Source: Chiloscyllium plagiosum
Taxonomy: Eukaryota
Direction: 5' to 3'
Length of the DNA: 64,000 nt
Assembly (NCBI RefSeq): GCF_004010195.1
Contig: NC_057736.1
Span: forward strand, 35,748,515-35,812,514
Position numbers and translations under genes: made by a program. Positions within the stretch are counted from its first letter, which is position 1, and each line of letters starts with the position of its first letter. A model generated the notes under the pieces. That model was not told where the DNA came from and made no database searches. It saw nothing but the letters and a program-made list of their open reading frames with translations. Positions 13,415 through 26,500 of the stretch are shown piece by piece.

Positions 13415-13584
13415 CAAAGCATTGAGAGTATAGCTCCCTACGGACAGGGCAAATTCCAGTCTCTCGAGCTTGCCTCTGCTGCAGCTTGAGATCCAGTTGT
13501 TCCTGCAGATGGACAACATCAATCCGAGTGCAGGGAGTACTGGATACCTGCTGAATCCACAGCTGAGAATTCTCTGTCCATTCT
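13415..13584 (-). CDS. DNALI1: DNALI1 coding exon 3 (EWTENSQLWIQQVSSTPCTR...RELYSQCF)
   Basis: 170 nt; ttgcag acceptor and gtaagt donor; phases fit the neighbouring exons. Confidence 0.98.
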
Positions 13585-14479
13585 CTGCAACAAAATGTAA
13601 GCCACTGAGAGTTACAAATGAACTGGAATTGTGAAATTATCTTTCTTTTTGGAAATTGCTCTCCATCTGCTTTGTGTTTCTTTTTCTATCAATAGTATAT
13701 ACTTAAAGATTTTGTACTATTCAAGTCTTGTGTCAATCTTCTATTTGGAATATCGTCGAAGCCTGCCAGGATTGAACACAACGATGCCAAGCTGGTAGAG
13801 CACTGAACAGATGCACAAAAAAGCTTTCTTCCTACTTCCTAACAATTCTATTTTCCAACTCCATTGTGGAAGAGCACTCGTTCTGTCAGTCAGCCATCTT
13901 TGTGTTATCTTGCGTGAGGCTGCCAATCCAGTATCAGATGACTTTTGCTTTATGGTCACTGGGGACTGAGTTGAAACTCAAATTCAATGGATAACATTAA
14001 TCTCACTGGATCAACATCAACTGTACAAAACCTGGGATTCAGACTAATCTTAGCTTGAAATTAAAAGAGAGAAAACTAGAAACACTCAATCAGGTAGGCA
14101 GTATCTGTGAAGAGAGAGTTAACAGGCAGGATTTTGAGCTCCCAGAACTGTATAACTAAGGAAGTAGAGATAATCTGAAACTAAATAATGAGGGGCAAGG
14201 AATCAAATGTGGGAGGATGTGGCATATTACAGAGTGCAAGAAAGGACAACAGTATTCTGATAAATGGGGGTCAGGAAATACAGGAAGGGGCTAAGAAAAA
14301 CAAAACTAGGAAAAAATTAACAATCGAGGTTAGTTGTTAAAAAATAACAGAGACAAAATAAAAGCTCTGTACCTGAACGTGTGTAACATTCATAACAAAG
14401 TAAATGTTTGATGACAACCGACACTGAAGTGAATAAATATGATTGTACAGCATTATAGACACAAGGCTTAAGGATGACA

Positions 14480-14675
14480 AGGAGAAAGTGAGGACTGCAG
14501 ATGCTGGAGATCAGAGCTGAAAATGTGTTGCTGGAAANNNNNNNNNNNNNNNNNNNNNNNNNNNNNNNNNNNNNNNNNNNNNNNNNNNNNNNNNNNNNNN
14601 NNNNNNNNNNNNNNNNNNNNTCCTTGGATGCTGCCTGACCTGCTGCGCTTTTCCAGCAACACATTTTCAGTTCAG
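14480..14675. mobile_element. Palindromic Penelope-like insertion (family B) with its centre in an N-gap
   Basis: Both inverted arms visible; flanking direct repeat ttaaggatgaca. Confidence 0.8.
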
Positions 14676-14852
14676 TTAAGGATGACACGGAATGGATCCT
14701 TAATACTGAGGGAACATGACGCTGAAGGAAAACAGAATGCTAAGCAAAGGTGAGGGGGTAGCACTATTAATCAGGAATGGCATTTGTGCAAATGTTAGAG
14801 ATGAGATGACCTTGGTTTAGGAGATCAAAATGTTGAACTTTATTAGGTATAG

Positions 14853-15702
14853 ACAGGCGACATTGACAGGATGCAGAGCTGGGCTGAGAAATGGCAGATG
14901 GAGTTCAACCTGGATAAGTGCGAAGTGATGCATTTTGGAAGGTCAAACTCGAATGCTGAATATAGGATTAAAGACAGGATTCTTGGCAGTGTGGAGGAAC
15001 AGAGGGATCTGGGTGTACAAGTGCATAGATTCCTCAAAGTTGCCACCCAAGTGGATAGGGTTGTTAAGAAGGCATATGGTGTTTTGGCTTTCATTAGCAG
15101 GAGGATTGAGTTTAAGAGCTGGGAGGTTTTGCTGCAGCTCTACAAGTCCCTGGTGAGACCACACTTGGAATATTGTGTCCAGTTCTGGTCACCCTACTAT
15201 AGGAAAGATACAGAGGCTTTGGAGAGGATGCATAGAAGGTTTACCAGGATGCTGCCTGGACTGGAGGGATTGCCTTATGAAGAAACGTTGAATAAGCTCA
15301 GACTTTTCTGTCTGGAGAGAAGGAGGAAGAGAGGAGACCTGATCGAGGTGTACAAAATAATGAATGGAATAGATAGTGTCAATAGTCAGAGACTTTTCCC
15401 CAGGGCAGGATTAACTGGTACGAGGAGTCATAGTTTGAAGATATTAGGAGGAAGGTATAAAGGAGACGTCAGAGGTAGGTTCTTTACGCAGAGAGTTGTG
15501 AATGCATGGAATGCGTTGCCAGCTGTGGTGATGGAAGCAGAGTCATTGGGGACATTTAAGCGACTGCTAGACATGCACATGGATAGCAGTGAGTTGAGGG
15601 GTGCATAGGTTAAGTTACTATAGTTTATATTAGGATTAAACTTTGGCACAACATCATGGGCCAAAGGGCCTGTTCTGTGCTGTACTTTTCTATGTTCTAT
15701 GT
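14853..15702 (+). mobile_element. Young CR1 LINE 3' fragment with an open 245-aa RT C-terminal frame and (TTCTATG)n tail
   Basis: ORF 14871-15608 WAEKWQMEFNLDKCEVMHFG...LVRPHLEYCVQFWSP. Confidence 0.95.
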
Positions 15703-17856
15703 CAGACCTGGGCATTTTACGGCCCACGGGCCCTTTGGTTGTTCCTGTCTGGCCCGCATGAGGTCAATCTTAAATTAGAACATAAATGAAAAAGTATTAA
15801 TGCCATGCACGCAATACAACTGTGTTGCTTTTGTTTTGAAAAGGATGCTTTTTTTATTTATGTATGGACATATATGCACGTGTATGTGCGTGTGTGCGTG
15901 AACAGCTAAAAGGGATGCTTGCTGGCTAGCCTTCAAAATGTCAGCTCACACCAAGACAAGTTATGTCATATCCCTCAAAATCACCAGAAAAAGCAAACCG
16001 TTTTCTGATGGAGAGTTTATTAAGGAGTGTTTGTTGGACTCTGCAGAACTAATATGCCCGGAGCAAAAGGAGGCATTTGAGAATGTGCCCCTCTCCCGTG
16101 CACTGTAACGAGAAGGATTGGGGACATCGCGAGAAATCTGGAGCTTCAGCTGCAGCACAAAGCGGTCAACTTTGACTTTTTTTTCCTTGGCTTTGGATGA
16201 GAGCTGCAACGTATGTGACACAGCCCAGCTACTCACCTTGGTATGTGGGATAACTACGGACTTTAAAATCACGGAGGAGCTGGCAGCCATGCAGTCAATG
16301 AAAGGAACAACAATTGGTAATGATTTGTTCACGGTGGTAAATGCATGTTTGGACACATTGAGACTAAAATGGGACAAGCTGGCAAGCTGATGTGACAACG
16401 GATAGTTGTCCAAATCTCACGGGAAAAAATGTTGGACTCTTAAAGAGAATGCAGGATAAAGTAACAGAAATTGACCCTGAACAGAAATTGGTATTTTTGC
16501 ATTGTATTATACATCAGGAAGTGTTGTGTAAGTCAGTGTTAAAAATTAACCATGTGGTTAATGTTGTAACTAAAATAGTTAACTTCATCAGGGCAAGAGC
16601 TTTGAATCACAGGCAGTTTGTTGCACTTTTGGAGGAAAATGAGACTGAACATCGTGACATAGGCACCACACAGCTGTCAGGTGGCTCAGCCTGGACAAAA
16701 TGCTGAAAAATGTACGGGACCTGAGAGGAGAGATTCAAGATTTCTGTGTGAAGAAAGGGAATGGCATTCCACAGCTTTCAGATGCAGACTGGATTGCAGA
16801 TCTTGGTTTTGCTGTTGATGTGACTGCACTTATGAATGAACTAAATGTGAAACTGCAGTGTAAGGGCCCTTTTGTGCATGAAATGTACAACTTGGTGAAG
16901 GTTTTTATTAGAAAGTTGCAGCTTCTCTCAAGCCAAATGGAGGACAACATTCTCACTCACTTGCCAACACTGAAGGAAACCACATCTTCAGCTGATCACC
17001 TCCACAGGTACTCATCTATGTTAGAAGTCACCTATGGTGACTTTTCAAGGCGATTTCAAGACTTTAAAATGGTTGAGAATGAAATGCACATGATTTTTTT
17101 CCCCATTTACATGCAATGTGGAGAATGCACCTAATGATGTTCAGCTTGAACTCATTGACCTGCAGTCAGACACACTTCTGGCAAAGTACTTTAGGTCAGT
17201 CTCACTGTTTGATTTTTACTCTTCCCTCAAAGAGGAGAACTTTTCACACATGAGGAGGCATGCTCAGAAGATTCTAGTCCTTTTTGGATCTACCTATATA
17301 TGCGAACAGACATTCTCAGTGATGAAGTTCAACAAATCCAAATACAGATCCTCTATCACTGATGATCACCTCTCAGCTGTCCTTCGCATATCCACCTCAG
17401 ACATTCAACCAGATTTCAGTGCACTTGTTCAAGCCCAAAACAGACTGGCTTTTTCTCACTAAACAAGTAAAATTAACTGAAAAACATCAAAAGCACTTAT
17501 TGCTTTTTGTATAGAATTGTTTGTTGTTTTTAATACTGAACAATAATGAAACAACTTCTCATTATTGGGTTGTGAGATTAACATGTTAAAAATAAAATGA
17601 AATACTGAAATTATTGTTTTTACTGTTTATTTCTTCTATATTTGACCTACTCCACAATTTCATATTTTTATTGTAACAGAATATCCTTATTCTTTTGATT
17701 ATAAGTTTCAGTGCAAAACTATATAATTTAGTACATTTTACAATGGGAGAAAATTAATACTGAGCAAAATTGTGTTCAACTTATTGTTGGTTCAGCCCTC
17801 CAACACAACTCAGGTTTCTCATATGGCCCCTTGGAAGAATTAATTGCCCATCCCGG
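15703..17856 (+). mobile_element. hAT (Buster/Charlie, GTF2IRD2-like) DNA transposon with frameshifted transposase
   Basis: 8-bp TSD ttcTAtgt at 15695-15702 and 17857-17864; imperfect TIRs cagacctgggca / tgcccatcccgg; motifs FSLALDES, TTD, HCIIHQE, FGSTYICEQTFS. Confidence 0.93.
15945..17462 (+). pseudogene. Disrupted hAT transposase (four ORF pieces; no N-terminal BED finger visible)
   Basis: ORFs 16118-16390, 16392-16706, 16700-17134 and 17118-17462 are collinear transposase segments in different frames. Confidence 0.9.
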
Positions 17857-19569
17857 TTCTATGTTCTATAAATGAGGAACAGTGGGGTAAAGCCACTATT
17901 AGAGGGAGTAGTGTACAGGTAACTGTAACCATAATATGCAACAAAGTATTCAAGAAGAAATTTTGGGTGCTTATGATAAAGTGATGGTCATTACTATATA
18001 TAACTTAATGTATAAGTTGGAAAATTTTGATCAGCAGTTGGAGCCTGTATGAGGAATTCACAGAATGCTGACAAGATAGTTTCTTTGAGCAGCAGGTTTT
18101 GAACCAACTAGAGACCACATTGTATTGGAATTAATATTGCGTAATGTGTCAAGTTTAATTTGTGAAGGAAGCTAAATAGGAATGTAAAAATAAATTGAGA
18201 AAAATGGGGCACTGTTTAAAAACTAGTGGTCGTCCTTCTCGGAGATGAAGGGGCATTTCTTTCTCTCTCAGGGTTTTGCAACTTCGGAACTCTGCCTCAG
18301 AAAGCAGTGGAGATGAGGGTTATTGAATACTCCTAAGATAGGTTCTTGTTAAGCAAGGGAATCAAAGGTTATTTGGGGAAAATGAGAACATAGAAGTTGG
18401 AATACAAAAGATCAACCATACTCTTATTGGCTGGAACAGCAGGCTCAATGGTTTATTTCTACTCCTGATTTGTATGTTCATATTGGAGTTTGTATGTGTG
18501 TTCTTCATAATGATGTATTCAAATGAAGCTTTTGGAAATTTATGAACTTAGTGCATAGTGGTACACCTGTTACTTAAATCAAAATATTGAATGACTTTAC
18601 ATGAAATTGTCCAGTGAATAAAATCAAGGTAGAGTCACCATTGTCCCTGAGGATCATAGTGCTGATCTTTCAGAGACAGATGGCTAGCGGTAGTTTAACC
18701 TGAGAGTTTGAGACAATTGTAACCTCAGACAATGCAGGAATTGAATTCATGGTGTTGGCGGTGTTCTGCACAGCAATACAGCTGTACAGCCAACTGAGAT
18801 AACAGAACCTCTACAAGTGAAATAAATTATTATCACTGCAATTTTCCTTTTCTTTAAGTTTTTTTTTTAAATTTACCCCCCATTCTTACTAATGTTGAAT
18901 TGGAAAATGTTACAGCTCAGCAAAAACTGCACATCAGAGACAGTGGAGAGGTCCTGACAGAGGCTGCTGCACTGGTGTGGGTTATTCCAGTGTACAGAAG
19001 GAGCATAATGATATGCCTTTGGATGATGTCACTGCAGGAATTGTGTCGATGTAAGATGTAAGTGGGAGCCAAGGAGAATTCTGAGCTAACTGTGTGGAGC
19101 TGACTGAAAAAACCATTGTGGATTTCCTGGCCACTGCTGGATGAATAGAATGGAATCAGGAAAGGAAAAACAGTGCCATCCAGCTGGAAAGCAGAAGACA
19201 GGTGGAAGATGATCGTATGGGCAAACATGTCGATTACTACAGAGAAGACAAAATAGATGAGGAAGCAAACCAAGATCACCAAAAACACATTTACCCATTG
19301 TTCATCTTATTTTCTCTACGTAGAGAAAATACGTGCACAAACTGGTTGCCATATTTGCTTACATTAGACTTGAAAGACGATATTTTAATTTGAATTTTTG
19401 AGTTGCTTCTGATTATAGTAGGTTGCAATGCTGGGAAATGTACATCCTGTTACATCCATGTTGTCAAAGCCATTTAACATCTTAGTTGTAAAATGAAATG
19501 TTACTTTTTTGTGGACCGGAATCTTCAAATTTCCTAAGTGCCTCTTGAAAGACAAATCTGCTGGTTTAC

Positions 19570-19703
19570 CTGGGTGGCAAAATTGCATTTAAAATCTCCT
19601 CTGTCTGCTTGGTGACATCTACTGCAACTGGTTTGGCTTTCGGAGGACTTGGAACCGGTGAAGTCGATGTAGGCTGCTGGGCACTCACTTTGAAGGGACG
19701 GGC
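19570..19703 (-). CDS. DNALI1: DNALI1 coding exon 2 (ARPFKVSAQQP...TKQTEEILNAILPPR)
   Basis: 134 nt; tacag acceptor and gtaaac donor; conserved EEILNAILPPR. Confidence 0.96.
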
Positions 19704-19904
19704 CTGTAATGGATAAAACACAAATTAACCCTCTCCTGTTCAAAGTGGGCATTTCACTGTGAAACAGTTAACGAAGAAGCCCAGAATACAATGCATTATT
19801 TATTTATTTAGTGACATTTCACACCACATTTCTATCACTTCCACTACTTTCTATACCATATTTCAACTAACACAATAGTGTGAGTTAATAACTGTGGGCA
19901 ACAC

Positions 19905-21378
19905 TGATGTAGGGAAATAGATGGTGACATCTTGCAAAATGTCCAGATTACAGAGGAGGAAGTGCTGGATGTCTTGAAATGGGTAAAGGTGGATAAATCC
20001 CCAGGACTTGATCAGGTGAACCCGAGAACTCTGTGGGAAGCTAAATAAGTGATTGCTGGGCCTCTTGCTGAGATATTTGTATCATTGATAGTCACAGGTG
20101 AGGTGCCGGAAGACTGGAGGTTGGCAAACGTGGTGCCACTGTTTAAGAAGGGCGGTAAGGACAAGCCAGGGAACTATAGACCAGTGAGCCTGACCTCGGT
20201 GGTGGGCAAGTTGTTGGAAGGAATCCTGAGGGACAGGATGTACATGTATTTGGAAAGGCAAGGACTGATCCGGGATAGTCAACATGGCTTTGTGCATGGG
20301 AAATCATGTCTCACAAACTTGATTGAGATTTTNNNNNNNNNNNNNNNNNNNNNNNNNNNNNNNNNNNNNNNNNNNNNNNNNNNNNNNNNNNNNNNNNNNN
20401 NNNNNNNNNNNNNNNNNNNNNNNNNNNNNNNNNNNNNNNNNNNNNNNNNNNNNNNNNNNNNNNNNNNNNNNNNNNNNNNNNNNNNNNNNNNNNNNNNNNN
20501 NNNNNNNNNNNNNNNNNNNNNNNNNNNNNNNNNNNNNNNNNNNNNNNNNNNNNNNNNNNNNNNNNNNNNNNNNNNNNNNNNNNNNNNNNNNNNNNNNNNN
20601 NNNNNNNNNNNNNNNNNNNNNNNNNNNNNNNNNNNNNNNNNNNNNNNNNNNNNNNNNNNNNNNNNNNNNNNNNNNNNNNNNNNNNNNNNNNNNNNNNNNN
20701 NNNNNNNNNNNNNNNNNNNNNNNNNNNNNNNNNNNNNNNNNNNNNNNNNNNNNNNNNNNNNNNNNNNNNNNNNNNNNNNNNNNNNNNNNNNNNNNNNNNN
20801 NNNNNNNNNNNNNNNNNNNNNNNNNNNNNNNNNNNNNNNNNNNNNNNNNNNNNNNNNNTCACTGTTCGAATATTGCGTGCAATTCTGGTCTCCTTCCTAT
20901 CGGAAAAATGTTGTGAAACTTGAAAGGGTTCAGAAAAGATTTACAAGGATGTTGCCAGGGTTGGAGGATTTGAGCTATGGGGAGAGACTGAACAGGCTGG
21001 GGCTGTTTTCCCTGGAGCATCGGAAGATGAGGGGTGACCTTATAGAGGTTTACAAAATTACGAGGGGCATGGAGAGGGTAAATAGGCAAAGTCTTTTCCG
21101 TGGGGTTGGGGAGTCCAGAACTAGAGGGTATAGGTTTAGGGGCAATTTTTTCACGCAGTGGGTGGTACGTATATCGAATGAGCTGTCAGAGAAAGTGGTG
21201 GAGGCTGGTACAGTTGCAACATTTAAGAGGCATTTGGATGGGTATATGAATAGGAAGGGTTTGAAGGGATATGGGCCGGGTGCTGGCAGGTGGAACTAGA
21301 TTGGGTTGGGATATCTGGTTGGCATGGATGGGTTGGACCGAAGGGTCTGTTTCCATGCTGTACATCTCTATGACTCTA
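19905..21378 (+). mobile_element. Young CR1 LINE RT fragment spanning an assembly gap
   Basis: VPEDWRLANVVPLFKKG..PGNYRPVSLTS and QHGF motifs; CR1 3' tail. Confidence 0.95.
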
Positions 21379-21945
21379 TTAAACTAACTAAAACAATCTG
21401 TGCAATACAAAGAAATCCAGGCAATGAAAATTTGTGTGCTGTGATAATTTAGCTTAGTTATTGGTTCTCTTGCCTGTGAGTTGAAGTGTGTGGATTCAAG
21501 CCCCTTCCCAAGAAATGAGCACAGCATTGCAATTTGTATTCAGGCTGAATTTTTAGAGGAGCTAGGCCTGAAAGTCCTTTACATCTTACATGTGCAAATT
21601 CAGTTTGAACTTGCAAATTTCACTGTTGTATGGCCTCTGGCAGAAATTCACACAAGATGCCATCATACCCGCAAAGCCAAATATCAGCTGACTATCAACT
21701 GGATTTGGGCTGATCAAAATGTATTCATAAAGGTTTAAGAAGAATGGTTTCTGGGACTTCCTTGTACCTGCCCCCAAAAAACAAAAGTTGGTTCAAACAA
21801 TACTATTTATTAGAGTCCCCATTTCTACTGCAATAAGTCTCAGTAAATACTTTTTCAGATTTTTAAGCCATTTTAGCGTAATTTGAGAGACTAGCGCAGT
21901 TGGATTGTTGACTTCTGGCTGCAGCTGCAATCATTTGACTCTTTA

Positions 21946-22035
21946 AAGGGCCTGTGCCCGAAACGTCGAATCTCCTGTTCCCTGGATGCTGCCTGACCTG
22001 CTGTGCTGTTCCAGCAATAAAGTTTCATCTTTGAT
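21946..22035 (+). mobile_element. Truncated family-B Penelope-like arm (hammerhead lacking its CUGA half)
   Basis: Near-identical to 58258-58340. Confidence 0.8.
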
Positions 22036-22189
22036 TGTAGAGGCTCAGAAAAGATCCGCTGAGGGTATCACAGCAACAGCAACATCAGATAAGTCAGCAA
22101 AGACAGGTGAAAGAAGTTGGCAAAGGAATCGTGGACAAAGGGGTAGCTATGACAGTAGTTGTTTTCTGGAAATGGGATGTTGGAACCTC

Positions 22190-22440
22190 AACATGTCAGT
22201 GGGTTAGTTTATAAGAAGACTGTGCTGCAGCAGCAGGCAGTCTTGATTGACGGTACCTGTTGCAGGTATATAGCCAAACTACAAACCACTGCTTGTGGAT
22301 CTGAAGTAATGATGGCTTTCACTTTCTATACCACAGCCTTGTTCCACATTGCAGTCAATATCAGTCAATGTACTGTCCATCAAGGATAATGCAATTAATC
22401 AACTTCGGAACAGAATGTATTTGATTTGACCACTCGCAAG
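22190..22440 (+). mobile_element. Highly degenerate PIF/Harbinger nuclease remnant
   Basis: ORF 22159-22389 EVMMAFTFYTTALF...NISQCTVH resembles HARBI1-type ALNFYATGSFQ...ISQ.AVH, recognised from memory only. Confidence 0.45.
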
Positions 22441-23115
22441 CAGCAGATGGTTCTAAGTCATCTACTTGTTGATGTCAGACCAACAGTTGGGCAGTACTGT
22501 GACAATTATGGAACAAAATGGTGCAGAGGTAATATTGGCTATCTTCAGCAATCCAATATCTAATGTCATACTTTTACAGAAAACCTTAATGAGGAATATG
22601 AGAGAGGCAATAATGGAATGATATTCTATACAGGCACATGAACATTACCCATTCATACTGAGTACAATGGTAAAGGTAAGAAATAATAAAGGTAGTTGCA
22701 CAGACGAAATGTGAAGGAAGTCAAAGATTAGAGAAGTTGAAAAGGTATAGCTCTATAATCACAGGCATACAGGTCATTACTTGGTGGGTTTAGCTAGGAA
22801 AGTCTCAGTGCCCTGGGAGAACAGAAATAGGACCTAAGAGTTCAAATACAGAGAAGTCCGTCAGAGGTGACAGCACTTCAGAATCTTCGATGAAAATGAT
22901 ATTAGGAATGAGATAGTAGTTTGAGAAGATGAAGAGATTGAAGATTTATAACAGTTTTAAGCAGCAACAGCCAAGTCCATTGCAGTGGCCCATTAGACCC
23001 ATGAGGGCAAGAACTCAGCACAGATGAGCATTTGGTGGGAAGTAAAGGAGGAAAGCTGTATTGAAGCAAAGCAACGAAGGTGGATTTCAAGTTAAAACTG
23101 CAGAGTCCTCCTCAC

Positions 23116-23196
23116 CTTTGCAGATTTTTTCTCTACATTCCTGCTGACAAGTAGTGGATGGTCATATTTCAAAAGTGAATCTATTGGAGGAATCAT
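23116..23196 (-). CDS. DNALI1: DNALI1 coding exon 1 (MIPPIDSLLKYDHPLLVSRNVEKKSAK); axonemal dynein light intermediate chain 1
   Basis: 81 nt; ATG at 23196 in aagATG context; gtgag donor; matches the known N-terminus MIPPADSLLKYDTPVLVSRN; total CDS 765 nt. Confidence 0.97.
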
Positions 23197-23221
23197 CTTT
23201 TGCAGCTCTCCTGGTTTACCT

Positions 23222-23995
23222 TAATCTCCCTACCTATCCCAGTTCAACTTGGTCTCTCTCCCTATCCCAGTCCCTCTCTCTCTGTAGCTTCCAGATTACT
23301 CCCGTCTCTCTATCACGTATCCTTCTCTTTATCCCAGTTTATTCCAGTCTCTATGCCACACTCTCTGCTACTCTCTGTCTCTCTTCTATCTCTCTATTCC
23401 TCTCTCTATCTTTCTCTCCCTATCTCTCTCTCTCTCCTTCCTGGATTACTCCAATCTATCACAGTATCCTTCTCTTTATCCCAGTCTCTTTATCCCACAC
23501 TATCTCTCTACCACCCTTTTCTAACGCTCTCTCTGTTCCTCTCTTCCTTCAATCTGTCTCCTTTTCTCTCTATCCTCTTTATCTCTCTCTATCCAATATA
23601 CCTTTCTCTATCTCTATCCTTCTCTAGCTCTCTATCCCTCGCTCCCTTTTATCTCTCTATGTCTGTCTCCACCCACTCTCTATCTCTCCTCTCTCTCTCC
23701 TCTCTATTTCTATCGTCCCCTCTATTNNNNNNNNNNNNNNNNNNNNNNNNNNNNNNNNNNNNNNNNNNNNNNNTCTCTCTCTCTATCCCACTCTCTCCTC
23801 TATATTTCAATCGCCCTCTCTCTATCCCCCCTTCTATATTAGTTTCTCTACCTCTGTCCTTTCTATCTCTCTATCCTTCAGTCTCTACTTCTCTCTCCAG
23901 CCCACTCTCTCTCTATCTCTCCTTCTCTCTATCCCGCTGTCTATACTCCTTTCTCCATCCCTCTCTCTCACTCTATCCCACTTTTTTCTATGTTC
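23222..23995. repeat. CT/CTAT-rich low-complexity polypyrimidine tract (includes a short gap)
   Basis: About 770 bp of degenerate (CT)n and (CTAT)n. Confidence 0.95.
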
Positions 23996-24026
23996 TTTCC
24001 CAGGCGCTGACTCCAAAGCGCGTGCT

Positions 24027-24040
24027 GTTTCTATGGGAAC
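24027..24040. promoter_or_regulatory. RFX X-box within a CpG-rich patch upstream of DNALI1
   Basis: GTTTCTATGGGAAC fits GTHNYYATRRNAAC; lies upstream of a motile-cilia gene. Confidence 0.7.
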
Positions 24041-25724
24041 AAAACTTGGAAACGGCGCAGCTTAACGTCCAGGTGTCTCAGCGTAAAGTGTCCGGAGGGA
24101 CGGGAACGAGTTGCGAACCGGAACGGACAGTAATGGGAGCCGGACCCGAGAGGGACAAACAGGAGCTGTGACAGTTATATCGGACAGCGATGGACGTGTG
24201 GCAGAAATTAAGGCACCTGATCCAATAGAGAGTTCAGCGCCTTACTGGGGAAGTGCGTTTAAAAAATAAATTCTAGGTATTTTATAGTGATGGTGTTGGG
24301 GTTCTCCTGGCCAACATTTCTCCCACTATCAGCACCAACAAAAATACATTAGTTTATTCTTGTAGAAATTTACTTCATGTAAATTTGGATTCTGTATAAC
24401 TGCATTTAGAAGGTAAGCTTTTTTGTGCCCAATACTTAACTGATCGCAAATATTTAAAAACTGAAAATCTCGACGTTATTAAAGTATAACGTCATTATAA
24501 CACGTTTGTGTTTCTTCGGCTGAAATGAGTTTTAAAATGTTCAGAAGTCACGAAAAGCGCCACTTAAAATGCAATTCCTTTTGCAATTTAAGCAATTTTA
24601 CTGTTAGATATTTTTAACTATTCCCCAAACTCCATGTTTTTCTGTAACTGCACGTGCTTCATTTTCTGACGACAATCCAATTCCTTTTTGAATGCTTTGA
24701 TTGAAGCTGCCTCTGCCACAATCTCGGGTAGTGCATTTCAGATCTTAGCTATTTGCTACGAATAGCATTTTTTCCTCACGTCTCTTTTGCCACTCGCTTT
24801 AAACCTTGACAGCAATCCTTTCATGAGCAGTGTGGGATGTGGGAAAAATAGTGTTACTTCTGCAATTCCATTTACTTATACAAAGTAAATGAACTCACAC
24901 CAGTGTGTAATTGTTTTAGCCAAGAGCTGAGTCAACAAGAATGGAAACTATGTGGAGGAAATACATAATTGTTTTTGTATTAGCTAAAATTGTATGCCAA
25001 AATGAAACGTGACTGCAAAACAATGGTAGATATTACAGGCGAATACTTAAGATGCTGTGAGGGGAGGAAGTTAAGCTTGATACGCCTGTACAAACAGTAG
25101 GTATAAACATCTGTTTCCTACTTTTACAGAGACACAGGAACAAACTCCAATTAAAAGGATCATAAGGATCAGTATGGTAGGGGAAGGCACAGATGGAGGG
25201 AGTAGATAATGATGAAGAAAGAATATGCCTAACAATGACCTACAGCGGGATGAGGTCAAATGGCCTTGAGGCCATAAATAAGCATTTTGTCACAGACAAG
25301 GCCGGATAAGGCAAGAGATAAATCGGAGTAATGGGTGCCGGTCTTAGGGAAGTGGAAGATGTAAACAGGGGAGGAGCAATGTAAAACAAAAGAAACCAAA
25401 TTATATAAATGTTGTGTATTAATTGAATTTGGGGTGTGTATGTCTCTGGACATCACACCCTCTTGCAAGAGTAAAATAAAGGACACTACTGATTCAGATT
25501 TTGTCTCGGACTGCAATTATTGAAGTGTGTGAGCTTTGTTTCTCACAAGCAGGAACAATTTCTCTTCAAACCCGTCAAGGTTTTGAATACCTCCATCAGA
25601 TCTCCTGTCAGCCTTCTCATCTCCAAAGAGAACTGTCTCATCTTCATCTGTCTTTGTCACTGAAGTTCCTTATCATTGGAGGCCCTGTCATGAATTATTC
25701 CTGCACTCCCTCCAATGCCTTCAC

Positions 25725-26500
25725 ATAGAGATGAATCGTATGGAAACAGACCCTTTGGTCCAAATCGTCCCCATCTGACCAGATATCCCAACCTAATCTA
25801 GTCCCACCTGCCAGAACCTAGCCCATATCCCTCTAAACCCCTCCTATTCATATACCCTTCCAGATGCCTTTTAAATGTTGCAATTGCACTAGCCTCCACC
25901 ACTTCCTCCTGGAATCATAGAGATGTACAAGCACGGAAACAGACCCTTCGGTCCAACCCGTCCATGCCAACCAGATATCCCAATCCAATCTAGTCCCACC
26001 TGCCAGCACCTGGCCCATATCCCTCCAAACGCTTCCTATTAATATACCCATGCAAATGCCTTTTAGATGTTGCAATTGTACTTGCCTCCACCACTTCCTC
26101 TGGCAGCCCATTACATACACGTACCACCCTCTGCGTGAAAACGTTGGCCCTTAGGTCTCTTTTATATCTTTCCCCTCTCACCCTAAACCTATGCCCTCTA
26201 GTTCTGGATTCCCCAACCCCAGGGAAAAGACTTTGTCTATTTATCCTATTCATGCCCCTCATAATTTTGTAAACCTCTATAAGGTCACCCGTCATCCTCC
26301 GACGCTTCAGGGAAAAAAGCCCCAGCCTATTCAAACTCTCCCTATAGCTCAAATCGTTCAACCGAGGCAACATCCTTGTAAATCTTTTCTGAACCCTTTC
26401 AAGTTTCACACATCTTTCCGATAGGAAGGAGACCAGAATTGCATGCAATATTCCAACAGTGGTCTAACCAATGTCCTGTACTCAATACTCTGACAGATAA
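25725..26500 (-). mobile_element. CR1 LINE 3' fragments (two tandem tails)
   Basis: ORF 25990-26448 KLERVQKRFTRML...; repeated 3' tail at 25725-25910. Confidence 0.92.

Larger units (their letters stand above)
14330..18160 (+). mobile_element. Old CR1 endonuclease-region fragment, split by three nested insertions
   Basis: KALYLN-like motif at about 14361; the sequence resumes after 17870 with MRNSG...GVVYR-like sequence. Confidence 0.6.

Noticed and set aside
15945-17462. Domesticated GTF2IRD2/ZBED-like host gene
   Set aside because: Multiple frameshifts, and TIRs and TSD are retained, so it is a dead transposon
18940-19300. Coding-looking purine-rich patch in DNALI1 intron 2
   Set aside because: Frames are interrupted and I recognise no domain; probably an old transposon remnant
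23200-24171. 323-aa Ser/Leu-rich ORF
   Set aside because: Translation of a CT low-complexity tract that crosses a gap
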